A DNA stretch of 64,000 bases from an uncultured Reyranella sp. (GTDB taxonomy: Bacteria; Pseudomonadota; Alphaproteobacteria; Reyranellales; Reyranellaceae). The stretch spans positions 70,008-134,007 of the forward strand of contig CAYQAY010000001.1 in assembly GCA_964415585.1 (NCBI GenBank). The letters are read 5' to 3'. Positions 1 to 9,217 of the stretch are shown here, piece after piece. The notes under the pieces were generated by a model. The model made no database searches. It was not told where the DNA came from and saw only the letters and a program-made list of their open reading frames with translations. How positions within the stretch are numbered: the stretch's first letter is position 1; every line of letters begins with the position of its first letter. A program made the position numbers and the translations under genes.

Positions 1-517
1 CGGATGGGACCGGCCGTCAGCGTTCGCTAGACAGTCGACGATGCACTGGCGGCGACTGATCGAGATCAATCTAGTTTCGACGATCTTGTGTACCCAAGCT
101 GCATTGCCCCGGCTTATCGACGCCGGTGGGGGCGCGATTGTCTCTGTCAGCTCGGATGCCAGCTTTGGCGAGCCTCGCGAAACAGTCTATGGGGCCGCGA
201 AAGCCGGCGTAAATACTTTCATGAAGGCGATTGCAAAGGAGTACGGCCGCCACGGCATCCGGTGCAATGTTGTAGCTCCAGGCCTGATCTTGCCGACGGC
301 CGCAGATGAGATTGGCGCCAGCAGCCTATGGGTCGGCCGTGATGCCTTCTTTTCCGATGAACAAGTGGAGAAAGCCAGAAAAGTAATTCCTCTCGGCAAG
401 GTTGGCCGAGCCGCCGATATTGCCAATGCGGTGCTGTTCTTCGCCTCGCCCGGCATGGCTGGACATATCTCCGGGCAAGTGTTGAGCGTGAGCGGCGGTT
501 ATGCGACCCCAGGCTGA
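1..517 (+). CDS. Short-chain dehydrogenase/reductase (SDR), 5' end outside the window
   Basis: The frame of ORF 41..517 stays open back to nt 2. It has the catalytic YGAAKAG (YxxxK) motif, an upstream SVSS serine region and NVVAPG, typical of classical SDRs. Confidence 0.8.
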   Translation, partial: GWDRPSAFARQSTMHWRRLIEINLVSTILCTQAALPRLIDAGGGAIVSVSSDASFGEPRETVYGAAKAGVNTFMKAIAKEYGRHGIRCNVVAPGLILPTAADEIGASSLWVGRDAFFSDEQVEKARKVIPLGKVGRAADIANAVLFFASPGMAGHISGQVLSVSGGYATPG

Positions 518-532
518 ACGAAAGGCGGCAGC

Positions 533-1978
533 GTGAGCAAGCGTTTTGCGATCATCGGTGCGGGCATGTCGGGCATCCTGACGGCCATCAAGCTCAAGCA
601 GCGCGGCATCCGGGACTTCGCGATCTACGAGAAGGCCGGCGGGTTGGGCGGTACCTGGCGGGACAACACCTATCCCGGCCTGTCCTGCGACGTGCCGAGC
701 CACGTCTATGCCTATTCCTTCGAGCTGAAGGCCGACTGGTCGCACCGCTTCTCCCCAGGCGCAGAGATCCGGGGATATTTCGAGGGTGTGGCGAAGAAGT
801 ACGAACTCGACAGCCACTTCCGCTTCAACAGCGAGATCGTACGCGCGGAGTATCGCGACGGGCGCTGGCATCTCTCGATCAAGGGTGGTGCCACCGATGT
901 CGTGGATTTCGTCATCTGTGCCACCGGGGTGCTGCATCACCCGGCCTATCCCGACATCCCGGGACTCGGCGACTTTGAGGGCGCCTGCTTCCATTCCGCG
1001 CGCTGGGATCATTCCGTGCCGCTCGAGGGCAAGCGGATCGGGATCATCGGTACCGGCTCGACGGCGATCCAGATCGTACCGGCTCTGGCGGATACCGTGT
1101 CGAAGCTGACGCTCTTTCAGCGCACCGCGCAGTGGATTCTACCGCTCGCCAACCCCGCCTATAGCGAGGCCGAGAAGGCGATGTACAACACCTCCCCGGA
1201 GCGGCTGCAGCAATCTTACGATTTCTGGTCGGCGCGCTTCGTTGATACCTTCGCGCGCGCCGTCATCGGCGACCAGGACGAGCTGCGGAAGATCGAGGAT
1301 GCCTGCCGCACCAACCTTGAGGAGAACGTGGCAGATCCTGACCTGCGGCGGCGACTGACGCCCAACTATCGCGCCGCCTGCAAGCGGCTGATCATGTCGG
1401 ACACGTTCTATTCGGCGATGCAGAAACCCAGTGTCGCGCTGGTGACCGACGGCATCGACCGGATCGAGGCGGGTGGCGTGCGGACCAAGGACGGTGTCCT
1501 GCATGAGCTGGACGTGCTCGTGCTGGCGACCGGCTTCGACGGACATGCCTTCCTGCGGCCGATGGATGTGGTGGGCGAGAGTGGTCGGCGCCTCGCCGAC
1601 GCCTGGGCGCAGGCCAATGAGGCCTACCGCTCGGTGGCGGTGCCAGGCTTCCCCAACTTCTTTATGCTGGTCGGTCCCAACAGCCCGATCGGCAATTTCT
1701 CGGTAGTCCTGATCTCCGAGATTCAGCTGGCCTATATACTGCAGCTCGCCGATTTGGTGCTTGGCGGGAAATGCCGCTCGGTGGCACCGAAGGAGGAAGC
1801 GACCCGCCGCTTCAACGTCGCTCTGCGCGAGGCCATGAAGAACACGGTCTGGGTGACCGGCTGCCGGAGCTGGTACCTCGACCGCAATGGCAATCCCGCG
1901 CTGTGGCCCTGGGGCTTCGACCGCTTCCGCGAGGAGATGAACTCGCCCGACCTCGCGGACTTCGATTTCGCCGCCTGA
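533..1978 (+). CDS. Flavin-dependent Baeyer-Villiger-type monooxygenase
   Basis: N-terminal FAD Rossmann motif IIGAGMSGIL. Type I BVMO fingerprint FEGACFHSARWD (FxGxxxHxxxW[P/D]). Second dinucleotide motif GIIGTGSTAIQ. Confidence 0.85.
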   Translation: MSKRFAIIGAGMSGILTAIKLKQRGIRDFAIYEKAGGLGGTWRDNTYPGLSCDVPSHVYAYSFELKADWSHRFSPGAEIRGYFEGVAKKYELDSHFRFNSEIVRAEYRDGRWHLSIKGGATDVVDFVICATGVLHHPAYPDIPGLGDFEGACFHSARWDHSVPLEGKRIGIIGTGSTAIQIVPALADTVSKLTLFQRTAQWILPLANPAYSEAEKAMYNTSPERLQQSYDFWSARFVDTFARAVIGDQDELRKIEDACRTNLEENVADPDLRRRLTPNYRAACKRLIMSDTFYSAMQKPSVALVTDGIDRIEAGGVRTKDGVLHELDVLVLATGFDGHAFLRPMDVVGESGRRLADAWAQANEAYRSVAVPGFPNFFMLVGPNSPIGNFSVVLISEIQLAYILQLADLVLGGKCRSVAPKEEATRRFNVALREAMKNTVWVTGCRSWYLDRNGNPALWPWGFDRFREEMNSPDLADFDFAA

Positions 1979-2055
1979 ATTCAACCATTTGCTCGAAGTA
2001 GCCCAGGCGCAGAAGGCGCGCCGATCCGCACCCAAACCTCTCAAGAAGGCCAGCG

Positions 2056-2967
2056 ATGGATGATCTGACAGCATTGATGTCGTTCCTTCGCAAGCAACCG
2101 TCAATGTCTAGCGCGACAGTGGCGGAACGGCGCGCGGCCTACGACCGCGCCGAACGAGCCTTTACCCTGCCGGCTGGCGCGACGGTTCGACTCTGGGAAC
2201 GCAATGGATTGATCGGAGAGCTGGTCGACCCGGAGCACCCAGTCGACGGTCGCACAGTCCTATATCTACACGGCGGCGGATATGTGATCGGATCTCCTCG
2301 ATCGCATAGACATCTGGCCGCCGCGATTGCGATTGCGGCAAGTGCCAATGTACTGTTGCTCGATTATCGCCTCGCCCCGGAGCATCCGTTCCCCGCCGCA
2401 GTCGACGACGCCGTCGCCACGTATCGCCTACTTCTCCAGGATACCGGATCTCAGCGATTGGCCGTTGTGGGCGACTCGGCCGGAGGCGGCCTCACTGTGG
2501 CGACATTAGTCGCCGCCCTTAGTGCCGGTGATGCCATGCCTGCGGCCGCGGTCTGTTTATCTCCTTGGGTCGATTTGACGTGCGACACCACTGCACCGCC
2601 CCCCGCTACAATTGACGATCCACTCGTAAAGACTGAAGACATCTTAGCCTACGCTTCGTCCTATCTTGGAGCCATTCCGGCAACCCATCCCTTGGCATCA
2701 CCACGGTTCGCGGATCTTCGCGGCCTGCCTCCAATGTTGATACACGCAAGCACTTCCGAAATGCTGGCGCCTGACTCGATGCGGTTGGCCGAAGCAGCGC
2801 GAGTCGCAGGCGTAGACGTCACTTTGGAAATGTTTGAGGGTGTCCCTCACGTTTGGCATTGGTTCTGGCCACGCCTTGAAACGGCAAAAGTTGCTATTGC
2901 AAAGGTCGGCACGTTTCTCGACGACCATTTGGATGGAGGCAATAGGCAGCAACGCAAACTGAAATAA
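2056..2967 (+). CDS. Alpha/beta hydrolase, hormone-sensitive-lipase (family IV) type esterase
   Basis: Oxyanion-hole motif HGGGY and nucleophile elbow GDSAGG. Sits directly downstream of the BVMO, the classic ketone-to-ester-to-acid/alcohol logic. Confidence 0.85.
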   Translation: MDDLTALMSFLRKQPSMSSATVAERRAAYDRAERAFTLPAGATVRLWERNGLIGELVDPEHPVDGRTVLYLHGGGYVIGSPRSHRHLAAAIAIAASANVLLLDYRLAPEHPFPAAVDDAVATYRLLLQDTGSQRLAVVGDSAGGGLTVATLVAALSAGDAMPAAAVCLSPWVDLTCDTTAPPPATIDDPLVKTEDILAYASSYLGAIPATHPLASPRFADLRGLPPMLIHASTSEMLAPDSMRLAEAARVAGVDVTLEMFEGVPHVWHWFWPRLETAKVAIAKVGTFLDDHLDGGNRQQRKLK

Positions 2968-2985
2968 GAGGAGGACGTCATAACG

Positions 2986-4236
2986 ATGCCGGCGGAGACC
3001 GACACAACAAGTCCGAAATATCTGCGCGACAAGTACGCCATCGTTGGCGTCGGCGAGACGACCTACATGCGCGGCTCGGGCATGACGACGCGCGCGCTGG
3101 GCACCTGGGCGGTGCGCAACGCCGTCGAGGACGCCGGGCTCAAGCCGTCCGACGTCGACGGCATGCTGTCATACCAGTCGGGCGATTCGACCTTCTCGAA
3201 CTTCATCGCCGGCGACCTCGGCATCCGGCCCAACTTCTACATGGACGTGTTCGGCGGCGGCTCCTCGACCGAGGCGCTGGTCGGCATGGCGATGGGCCTG
3301 ATCGAAGCCGGCATGTGCAAGGTGGTCGTGATCTTCCGCGCCATGAACGGCTTCTCGCAGGTGCGCATCGGCGGCACCGGCGCGCGGGCGGTGGCGCCTG
3401 TTTCGGGCGACGCCCTGCACGGGCGCGCCTATGGCTGGCAGAGCGCCGGCCAGATGTTCGCGCCCACCTTCATGCGCCACATGTACGACTACGGCACGCG
3501 ACCCGAGCAGGTGGCCACCGTCAAGGCAATCCACAGCGAGCATGCCTCGAACAATCCCAAGGCCTTCTACAAGGAGCGCGTCACCGTCACAGACGTGCTC
3601 GCGAGCCGCATCATCTGCAAGCCGCTGCACTTGCTGGATTGTTGCGTCGAGACCGACAACGGCACGGCGCTCGTCGTGACCAGTGCGGAGCGGGCGCGCG
3701 ACTGCCGCCATCCGCGCGCGCTGATCCGCGGCGTCGTCGGCCGCTGCAGCAAGCCGCGCCTCGACATGCACTACCAGCACGGACCCATCTCGACGGTCGC
3801 CGGCCGCTATGCCCGCGAGATCCTGTGGCCCAACGCCGGAGTCGGACCGGAGGACGTCGACGTCACCGGCTCCTACGACGCCTTCACCTTCACCACCATG
3901 CTGCAGCTCGAGGATTACGGCTTCTGCAAGAAGGGCGAGGGCGGCGCCTATGTCAGCGACGGCACGATCCGCCTCGGTGGGCGGCGGCCCAACAACACCA
4001 GCGGCGGCCATCTGTGCGAGGGCTACACGCACGGGCTCAACATGGTGATCGAGAATGTGCGCCAGCTGCGCCACGATGCCGACGATTCGTGTCCGGTGGG
4101 GCCCGACGGCAAGCGCCAGCATACCTACGACTACCGCGAGGGCGGTTGCCGGCAGGTCAAGAAGTGCGAAGTGACGGCCAATATGGGCTGGGCGAACCCC
4201 GGCACCGGCTCGGCCATGGTCATGCGGCGTGACTGA
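2986..4236 (+). CDS. Thiolase-like / SCP-x-type lipid-transfer (non-condensing thiolase) protein
   Basis: N-terminus KYAIVGVGETTY...DAGLKPSDVDGML is typical of the thiolase-like family that pairs with DUF35 proteins. A 14-nt gap separates it from the next gene. Confidence 0.7.
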   Translation: MPAETDTTSPKYLRDKYAIVGVGETTYMRGSGMTTRALGTWAVRNAVEDAGLKPSDVDGMLSYQSGDSTFSNFIAGDLGIRPNFYMDVFGGGSSTEALVGMAMGLIEAGMCKVVVIFRAMNGFSQVRIGGTGARAVAPVSGDALHGRAYGWQSAGQMFAPTFMRHMYDYGTRPEQVATVKAIHSEHASNNPKAFYKERVTVTDVLASRIICKPLHLLDCCVETDNGTALVVTSAERARDCRHPRALIRGVVGRCSKPRLDMHYQHGPISTVAGRYAREILWPNAGVGPEDVDVTGSYDAFTFTTMLQLEDYGFCKKGEGGAYVSDGTIRLGGRRPNNTSGGHLCEGYTHGLNMVIENVRQLRHDADDSCPVGPDGKRQHTYDYREGGCRQVKKCEVTANMGWANPGTGSAMVMRRD

Positions 4237-4250
4237 GGAAGGAACGGACC

Positions 4251-4772
4251 ATGGCACTGCAAGCGACCTATCTCGGCATGCCGCTCGACGTGAACGATCT
4301 CGACGTCGAGAACCTGGTGTATTTCAAGCATTGCGCGGCGCACAACTTTCATCTGCAGAAGTGCGCGGCCTGCGGCCTGCTGCGCTATCCGCCGACTACC
4401 GCCTGTCCGTGGTGCGCCGGCCCCAAGTCGGAATGGGTGCCGGTCGATGCGCGCGGCGCCGCCCACTCCTACACCGAGGTCCATCACGCCATTCAGCCGG
4501 CCTTCAAGGCGCACACGCCCTATCTCATCCTGCTGGTCGACCTCGATACGCAGAACGGCAATCCCAGCGGGCACGAGGCGCTGCGCGTCGTCGGCAACCT
4601 CGCGACGCCGGACGGCACGCTGGCGCCGCCAGAGATGGTGCGCCGCGTCGGCATCGGCACGCGTGTTCGTATGGTCTTTACCGACGTCGCACCGGGGTTC
4701 GCCCTGCCGCAATGGACCATCGACGAGGGCGCACCCCAGCCTGCCCAGCCGTGGCGTTATCCGCAGGAGTGA
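4251..4772 (+). CDS. DUF35-type OB-fold / zinc-ribbon protein (partner of thiolase-like protein)
   Basis: Four-Cys ribbon (CAACG...CPWC) followed by an OB-fold-length C-terminus. Conserved pairing with the preceding gene. Confidence 0.7.
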   Translation: MALQATYLGMPLDVNDLDVENLVYFKHCAAHNFHLQKCAACGLLRYPPTTACPWCAGPKSEWVPVDARGAAHSYTEVHHAIQPAFKAHTPYLILLVDLDTQNGNPSGHEALRVVGNLATPDGTLAPPEMVRRVGIGTRVRMVFTDVAPGFALPQWTIDEGAPQPAQPWRYPQE

Positions 4773-4784
4773 CGATAGGCAGAA

Positions 4785-5326
4785 ATGGGACAGGAAGTTA
4801 TGGTCTGCCATCGCTGGGGTGATCTGGAGGTCTTGGAGGTCGAGGATCTACTCGAGCCGCTTTTGCCGTCGGGGCACGTACGGATCGCCGTCCGCGCCGC
4901 TGGCATCGCCTTCCAGGACACGTGGCAGATCGGGGGCAAGTACCAGACGAAACCACCGTTTTCGATCTGCCCGACAGCAAAATCTGCGGCATTGTTGCCG
5001 AGGTTGGCCAAGGCGACACGGATCTCAGGTCTGGCGAAAAGGTCATCGCGCTGCTGCGCTACGGTGGCTACGCCGAGCAAGCGGAGGTCCCGCAGGGGCA
5101 GCCACAGAGTGCCGACCGACACCAACGAGCACGACGACGCCGTCCTCGGTATGGCCAACGACACGGCCTACCAAGGGCTCGTCGATCGAGCCGGACTGAA
5201 GCCCGGCGAGATCGTCCTGGTGCGCGCGCAGGAGGCGGCGTGAGGGTCGCTGCCGTTCAACTCGCGGCAACTCTGAGGGCGACCGTGGCAGCCGCCTGCA
5301 CGCCTAAGGTTCCTGTTCCCATCTGA
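4785..5326 (+). pseudogene. Decayed NADPH:quinone oxidoreductase / MDR-family gene (multiple frameshifts, 3'-truncated)
   Basis: MDR-like sequence hops between two frames. VRIAVRAAGIAFQD..KPPF is in the frame of 4785. CGIVAEVGQGDTDLRSGEKVIALLRYGGYAEQAEVP is in the frame of 4922. TAYQGLVDRAGLKPGEIVLV returns to the first frame, and GGGVRVAAVQLA is in the second again. The reading ends at 5326 with the C-terminal half missing. Confidence 0.75.
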
Positions 5327-5327
5327 C

Positions 5328-6053
5328 ATGCACCAGATTTTTCAGAACTTCATTGACAGTCTTGCGGAGAGTTCCGATGAACAAGCGCTCCGCCTCACCA
5401 TGGAAGTGGCTGCTGCGGCCCTCGACTTGGCGTGTTTTGCCTATCTGGCACTGCCGCGCGCAGCGGGCGGCGGCGCGCGGCTCATTTCGAATTATCCGAC
5501 ACAATGGACAACGCACTACCTCCAAAGCCACTACGAGCGCCTAGACCCGGTCGTTGCTCAAGCGCTTGGTGATTCTGAGCCGTTCGAGTGGGGGCCAGGG
5601 ATGAGCCCGTCGACCTTGTCTCCTCAGCAATTTGAGCTTCTCGAGGACGCGGCCTTCTTCGGGATCCGTTACGGGTTTACGATTCCCATCCATGACGGCC
5701 GCGGGCCGATAGCCGCCGTCACCTACGCATCCGAAGAGAGGGGCCCCGTGTTTCAGCGGTGCATCGAGCGGAACGGACGCGTCCTCCAGCTCATGGCTCT
5801 CTACTTCCACGCGCATGCGCGCCGAAAAATTGTCACCGATCGGTTGGTGAACGGCGTCGCCCTTTCGCCACGAGAGCTCGAGTGCTTGGAATGGGCGGCG
5901 CGCGGCAAGAGCACTTGGGACATCGGCCAAATCCTCGGCATCACCCGCCGCACTGCCGCTTTTCATCTAGATAATGCCAAGGCAAAGCTGGGCGTTCATT
6001 CGATCTGCCAAGCTGTCGCGCAGCTGGCCATGTCCCGGCCGCACGTGGAGTAA
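5328..6053 (+). CDS. LuxR-family quorum-sensing regulator (autoinducer-binding domain + HTH), TraR-like
   Basis: C-terminal LuxR HTH LSPRELECLEWAARGKSTWDIGQILGITRRTAAFHLDNAKAKLGV. N-terminal region of about 160 aa of autoinducer-binding type. Adjacent to a LuxI gene. Confidence 0.9.
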   Translation: MHQIFQNFIDSLAESSDEQALRLTMEVAAAALDLACFAYLALPRAAGGGARLISNYPTQWTTHYLQSHYERLDPVVAQALGDSEPFEWGPGMSPSTLSPQQFELLEDAAFFGIRYGFTIPIHDGRGPIAAVTYASEERGPVFQRCIERNGRVLQLMALYFHAHARRKIVTDRLVNGVALSPRELECLEWAARGKSTWDIGQILGITRRTAAFHLDNAKAKLGVHSICQAVAQLAMSRPHVE

Positions 6054-6070
6054 GAGACGAGGTATAGTCA

Positions 6071-6090
6071 ACCTGTGCACTCGCACAGGA
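6071..6090. promoter_or_regulatory. lux-box / tra-box-like inverted repeat upstream of the AHL synthase gene
   Basis: ACCTGTGCACTCGCACAGGA has perfect 7-bp arms CCTGTGC/GCACAGG with a 4-bp spacer. It resembles the canonical lux box ACCTGTAGGATCGTACAGGT. Its centre is about 70 bp upstream of the luxI-type ATG at 6151. Confidence 0.65.
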
Positions 6091-6150
6091 TGTATCGTGG
6101 TCAATTCCCGCCTCTACTCGATGGCATTCCGCATCGGACGGAGGCGACAC

Positions 6151-6783
6151 ATGATACAGCTGATAACGTTCGATCAATACGGCGAATTCTTGGACCAGCT
6201 TGCCGACATGCACCGGCTGCGCTACCGCGTGTTCAAGAAACGGCTCGACTGGGACGTCCAGGCCAGCGGCGACATGGAAGTCGACGAGTTCGACGCGCTG
6301 GGTCCCTGCTACCTGTTGCAGCGGAGCGCCGACGGCACTGTCACCGGTTGCGTCCGCTTGCTGCCGACCACCGGTCCCACCATGCTGCGCGACACGTTCG
6401 CCGCGCTGCTGGACGGCGGCGCAGCACCCGCCAGCCCGCTCATCTGGGAAAGCAGCCGATTCGGCGTCGATCCCGATCATGCGGGCCCGCTGGCGAGCCA
6501 GGGGATCGCCAAGGCGACCTACGAGCTGTTCGCCGGCATGATCGAGTTCGGCCTGTCACGAGGTTTGACAGATATCGTCACCGTCACCGACGTGCGCATG
6601 GAGCGCATCCTGCGCCGCGCCTCGTGGCCGTTGCGCCGGCTGGGCCAGCCCAAGGCGTTCGGCCGCTCGCTCGCCGTGGCGGGCTACCTGGCCGTCTCGG
6701 CCGACAGTCTCGGCCGGGTCCGCGCCGCAGGTGATCTCAAGGGGCCCGCGCTCTGGACTCCGGTGGTCCCGCTGGCGGCGTAG
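6151..6783 (+). CDS. LuxI-family N-acyl-homoserine-lactone synthase
   Basis: MIQLITFDQY...LRYRVFKKRLDWDV...EVDEFD...RLLPTTGPTML...WESSRFGVD are hallmark LuxI blocks. GGAGG lies about 8 nt upstream of the ATG at 6151. The ORF-track start at 5974 is an unsupported extension. Confidence 0.9.
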   Translation: MIQLITFDQYGEFLDQLADMHRLRYRVFKKRLDWDVQASGDMEVDEFDALGPCYLLQRSADGTVTGCVRLLPTTGPTMLRDTFAALLDGGAAPASPLIWESSRFGVDPDHAGPLASQGIAKATYELFAGMIEFGLSRGLTDIVTVTDVRMERILRRASWPLRRLGQPKAFGRSLAVAGYLAVSADSLGRVRAAGDLKGPALWTPVVPLAA

Positions 6784-6881
6784 CACCCGGTATCCAGTCA
6801 TACGCCCAGTGCCCCGCCGCCGGCCGAAGAGGCCGACGGCGGCGGGCGAGCGTCACGAAGTCGCTCCACGGAGCTCATCCG

Positions 6882-7790
6882 ATGACCATCGGGCCGGGGC
6901 CTCTCCGCACCGTCATCGCGGCGGCCGAGCACGGAAGCTTCAGGCGAGCGGCGGCCGCCCTTGAAGTCAAGCAATCGACGCTCAGCCGCCGGGTCCGCCG
7001 GCTCGAAGAGTACTTCGGCGTCAAGCTGTTCGAACGCTCCAGCGGCGGCGTGCACGTCACGGCGGCCGGTGGCGATGTCGTGCGCACGGCCCGGCGCCTG
7101 CTCGGGCAGATGGATCGCATGGTCTCCATCGCGCGCTTAGCCGGCCGCGGCAAAGCCGGGAACATCACGATCGGCATTTGCACGTCGCTGTCGGCCAGCA
7201 AGCTGCGCTTGATCCTTGCGGGCTACATCCAGGCGTCTCCGCACATCGAGATCAACATCGTCGAGCGTTCTCGTGCCCGGCTGTTCGACGGGCTTCGAGC
7301 CGGAGACGTCGACATCGTCATCATCGTGGGCGAAGCCAGGGACCATGGCGGACCGTCGATGCTGCTTTGGTCCGAAAGGATCATCGCTGCGCTACCCGCT
7401 GGGCATCGTTTGACAAGCAGCGACATGATTTATTGGACCGACCTCAAAGGCGAGGTCTTCTTGCTGAGCCGGCGAGATCCGGGACCGGATCTGCACAACA
7501 TCATCGTGCAGAAGCTATCGGCACCGGGCGACGCGCCCGACGTCGTGGGCTGGGACGTCAGCAGCGAAAGCATCCTGGCCATGCTAGAGGCCGGCGACAG
7601 GATCAGCATCCATTGCGAGTCGTGGATGGGATTAGCTTATCCCGGCGTCGTCTATCGCGAGGTGCGTGACGCGTCTGGTCCCAGCTACATCCCTTTCACC
7701 GCGTGCTGGGATGACGCCAACAACAACCCCGCGCTGGCGCGCTTCATCGACCTGCTGCGGAAGCATCACTACCCGACCTTGGTCACTTAG
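6882..7790 (+). CDS. LysR-family transcriptional regulator
   Basis: N-terminal LysR HTH HGSFRRAAAALEVKQSTLSRRVRRLEEYFGVKLFERS plus a substrate-binding domain of appropriate length. Confidence 0.85.
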   Translation: MTIGPGPLRTVIAAAEHGSFRRAAAALEVKQSTLSRRVRRLEEYFGVKLFERSSGGVHVTAAGGDVVRTARRLLGQMDRMVSIARLAGRGKAGNITIGICTSLSASKLRLILAGYIQASPHIEINIVERSRARLFDGLRAGDVDIVIIVGEARDHGGPSMLLWSERIIAALPAGHRLTSSDMIYWTDLKGEVFLLSRRDPGPDLHNIIVQKLSAPGDAPDVVGWDVSSESILAMLEAGDRISIHCESWMGLAYPGVVYREVRDASGPSYIPFTACWDDANNNPALARFIDLLRKHHYPTLVT

Positions 7791-8037
7791 CTTCTCGGCC
7801 CGGGCCGGCCGAACCAGCACCGCCAGCGGCTTTGCGTGCCTTGGCAAAGGCCCGATCCGTCGCCATGAAGCGTCCCAGCATGGGCGCCACGAGCTTTGCC
7901 GGATCGATCGCCTGTCCGGTTTCGCGACCAAGCACCTCGGCATAAGCGAGGAGATCGCGATGGACCGACGCCGGCAGGTCGACGGTCAGCTTCACCGGCT
8001 TCTCGTCCAGGATGGCGCCCAGTCTCAGCTTGGACAT
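7783..8037 (-). CDS. DUF2274-family small protein (terminal gene of trb operons)
   Basis: MSKLRLGAILDEKPVKLTVDLPASVHRDLLAYAEVL... is a typical DUF2274 sequence placed right after trbI. GGAGG precedes the ATG at 8037. Confidence 0.75.
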   Translation of the reverse strand: MSKLRLGAILDEKPVKLTVDLPASVHRDLLAYAEVLGRETGQAIDPAKLVAPMLGRFMATDRAFAKARKAAGGAGSAGPGREAK

Positions 8038-8047
8038 CGCCCGCCTC

Positions 8048-9217
8048 CTATCCGCGATAAGGCTGAAGCACAAGATCGCGGGTCACGATCACCCGCACGG
8101 GATAACCGGGACGGATGGTCAGCGTGGGCTGGATGTTGAGATTGCGCCGCACGATCTGCTGTCCGGCCTGGTTTACGGTGTCGCCGGTTCCGCGGCGCAA
8201 AGCGCGAATAATGTCGCTATCGTTCTGGTCGGACCCGAGTTCGGTGCCGACCGCCAGGATGGTCGAAAGCAGCGCCGCCTTGAACAACGCGCCCCAGTGA
8301 TGGTCAACGCCATCCTCCAGCCCGGCCTGCCCGGCGGCATCGGCTCCGGGCTGGCGCTCGAGCACGATCGAATGGCCATTCGGCAGGATAAGCCGCGTCC
8401 ACACCAGCAGAAGACGTGACTGCCCGAACGAAACCTGACTGTCGTAGACCCCGATCAGCCGGGCGCCCTGGGGAATCAGCAGCGATCCGCCGGTGGGCGT
8501 GTCGTAGACGTTCTCCGTCACCTGCGCCGTGATCTGGCCGGGAAGATCGGACCGCAGGCCGGTGATGAGGGCCGCCGGAATGACGGTGCCCGCCTGCAGG
8601 ATATAGGGCGATGCGGCGCGCGCCAGGCGATCGGGACTCGTCGTACGCCGATCGACGGGCGCGTTCATGAAGGCGAGTTTTCGATCCTGCCCGTTCTGGA
8701 TCGATGCCTCATCGGCCGATGCCAAGCCCCCGGATATCGATCCCTGAGAAGGAGTCGGACCTGCACTCACCGGCTGTTGCTGGCGATTGCCTGGAGCAAA
8801 CAGGCGGCTGACGCGAGCTGCTTCCGTCTCCTGCGCCCGGCGCTGCTGTTCCGCATCGGGTGCGGACAGACCGGACTGGGCCTGGGCTGCCACGATCGGC
8901 CGGCCGAGATCGCCGGGCAGCGGCGGCCCGAGCGGCGGGACGTCGCGAGGGACTCCGGCGTAATCGCGCGGCAACGCGGCAAGGCCATCGGCCATGCGCG
9001 GCCGATCGGTGGTGTAGAGCTCCTGGGGCGCGGACCCGCGCAGCCGATCGCTCTGCAAGGCCCACAGCACGGCGCCACAGATCAGGATCGAGGCCAATGC
9101 CGTGCCGCCGACCAGGACATTGCGCGAAAGACGCATCACGCGTGGCCCCTCCGACCGCAGCCTGAAGGGACGTGCGACGCTGGCGTTTGGGGACTCGGAC
9201 AGCGACTGATCCGTCAT
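8048..9217 (-). CDS. trbI: Conjugal transfer protein TrbI (VirB10 family)
   Basis: N-terminal TM segment and a Pro-rich linker. Conserved C-terminal block LLIPQGARLIGVYDSQVSFGQSRLLLVWTRLILPNGHSIVL. Overlaps trbG by 4 nt. Confidence 0.9.
   Translation of the reverse strand: MTDQSLSESPNASVARPFRLRSEGPRVMRLSRNVLVGGTALASILICGAVLWALQSDRLRGSAPQELYTTDRPRMADGLAALPRDYAGVPRDVPPLGPPLPGDLGRPIVAAQAQSGLSAPDAEQQRRAQETEAARVSRLFAPGNRQQQPVSAGPTPSQGSISGGLASADEASIQNGQDRKLAFMNAPVDRRTTSPDRLARAASPYILQAGTVIPAALITGLRSDLPGQITAQVTENVYDTPTGGSLLIPQGARLIGVYDSQVSFGQSRLLLVWTRLILPNGHSIVLERQPGADAAGQAGLEDGVDHHWGALFKAALLSTILAVGTELGSDQNDSDIIRALRRGTGDTVNQAGQQIVRRNLNIQPTLTIRPGYPVRVIVTRDLVLQPYRG

Noticed and set aside
5974..6150. 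59-codon N-terminal extension of the LuxI ORF, overlapping the end of the LuxR gene.
   Set aside because: The LuxI homology begins at MIQLITFDQY (6151), which has a GGAGG RBS. The extension would run through the lux-box/promoter region.
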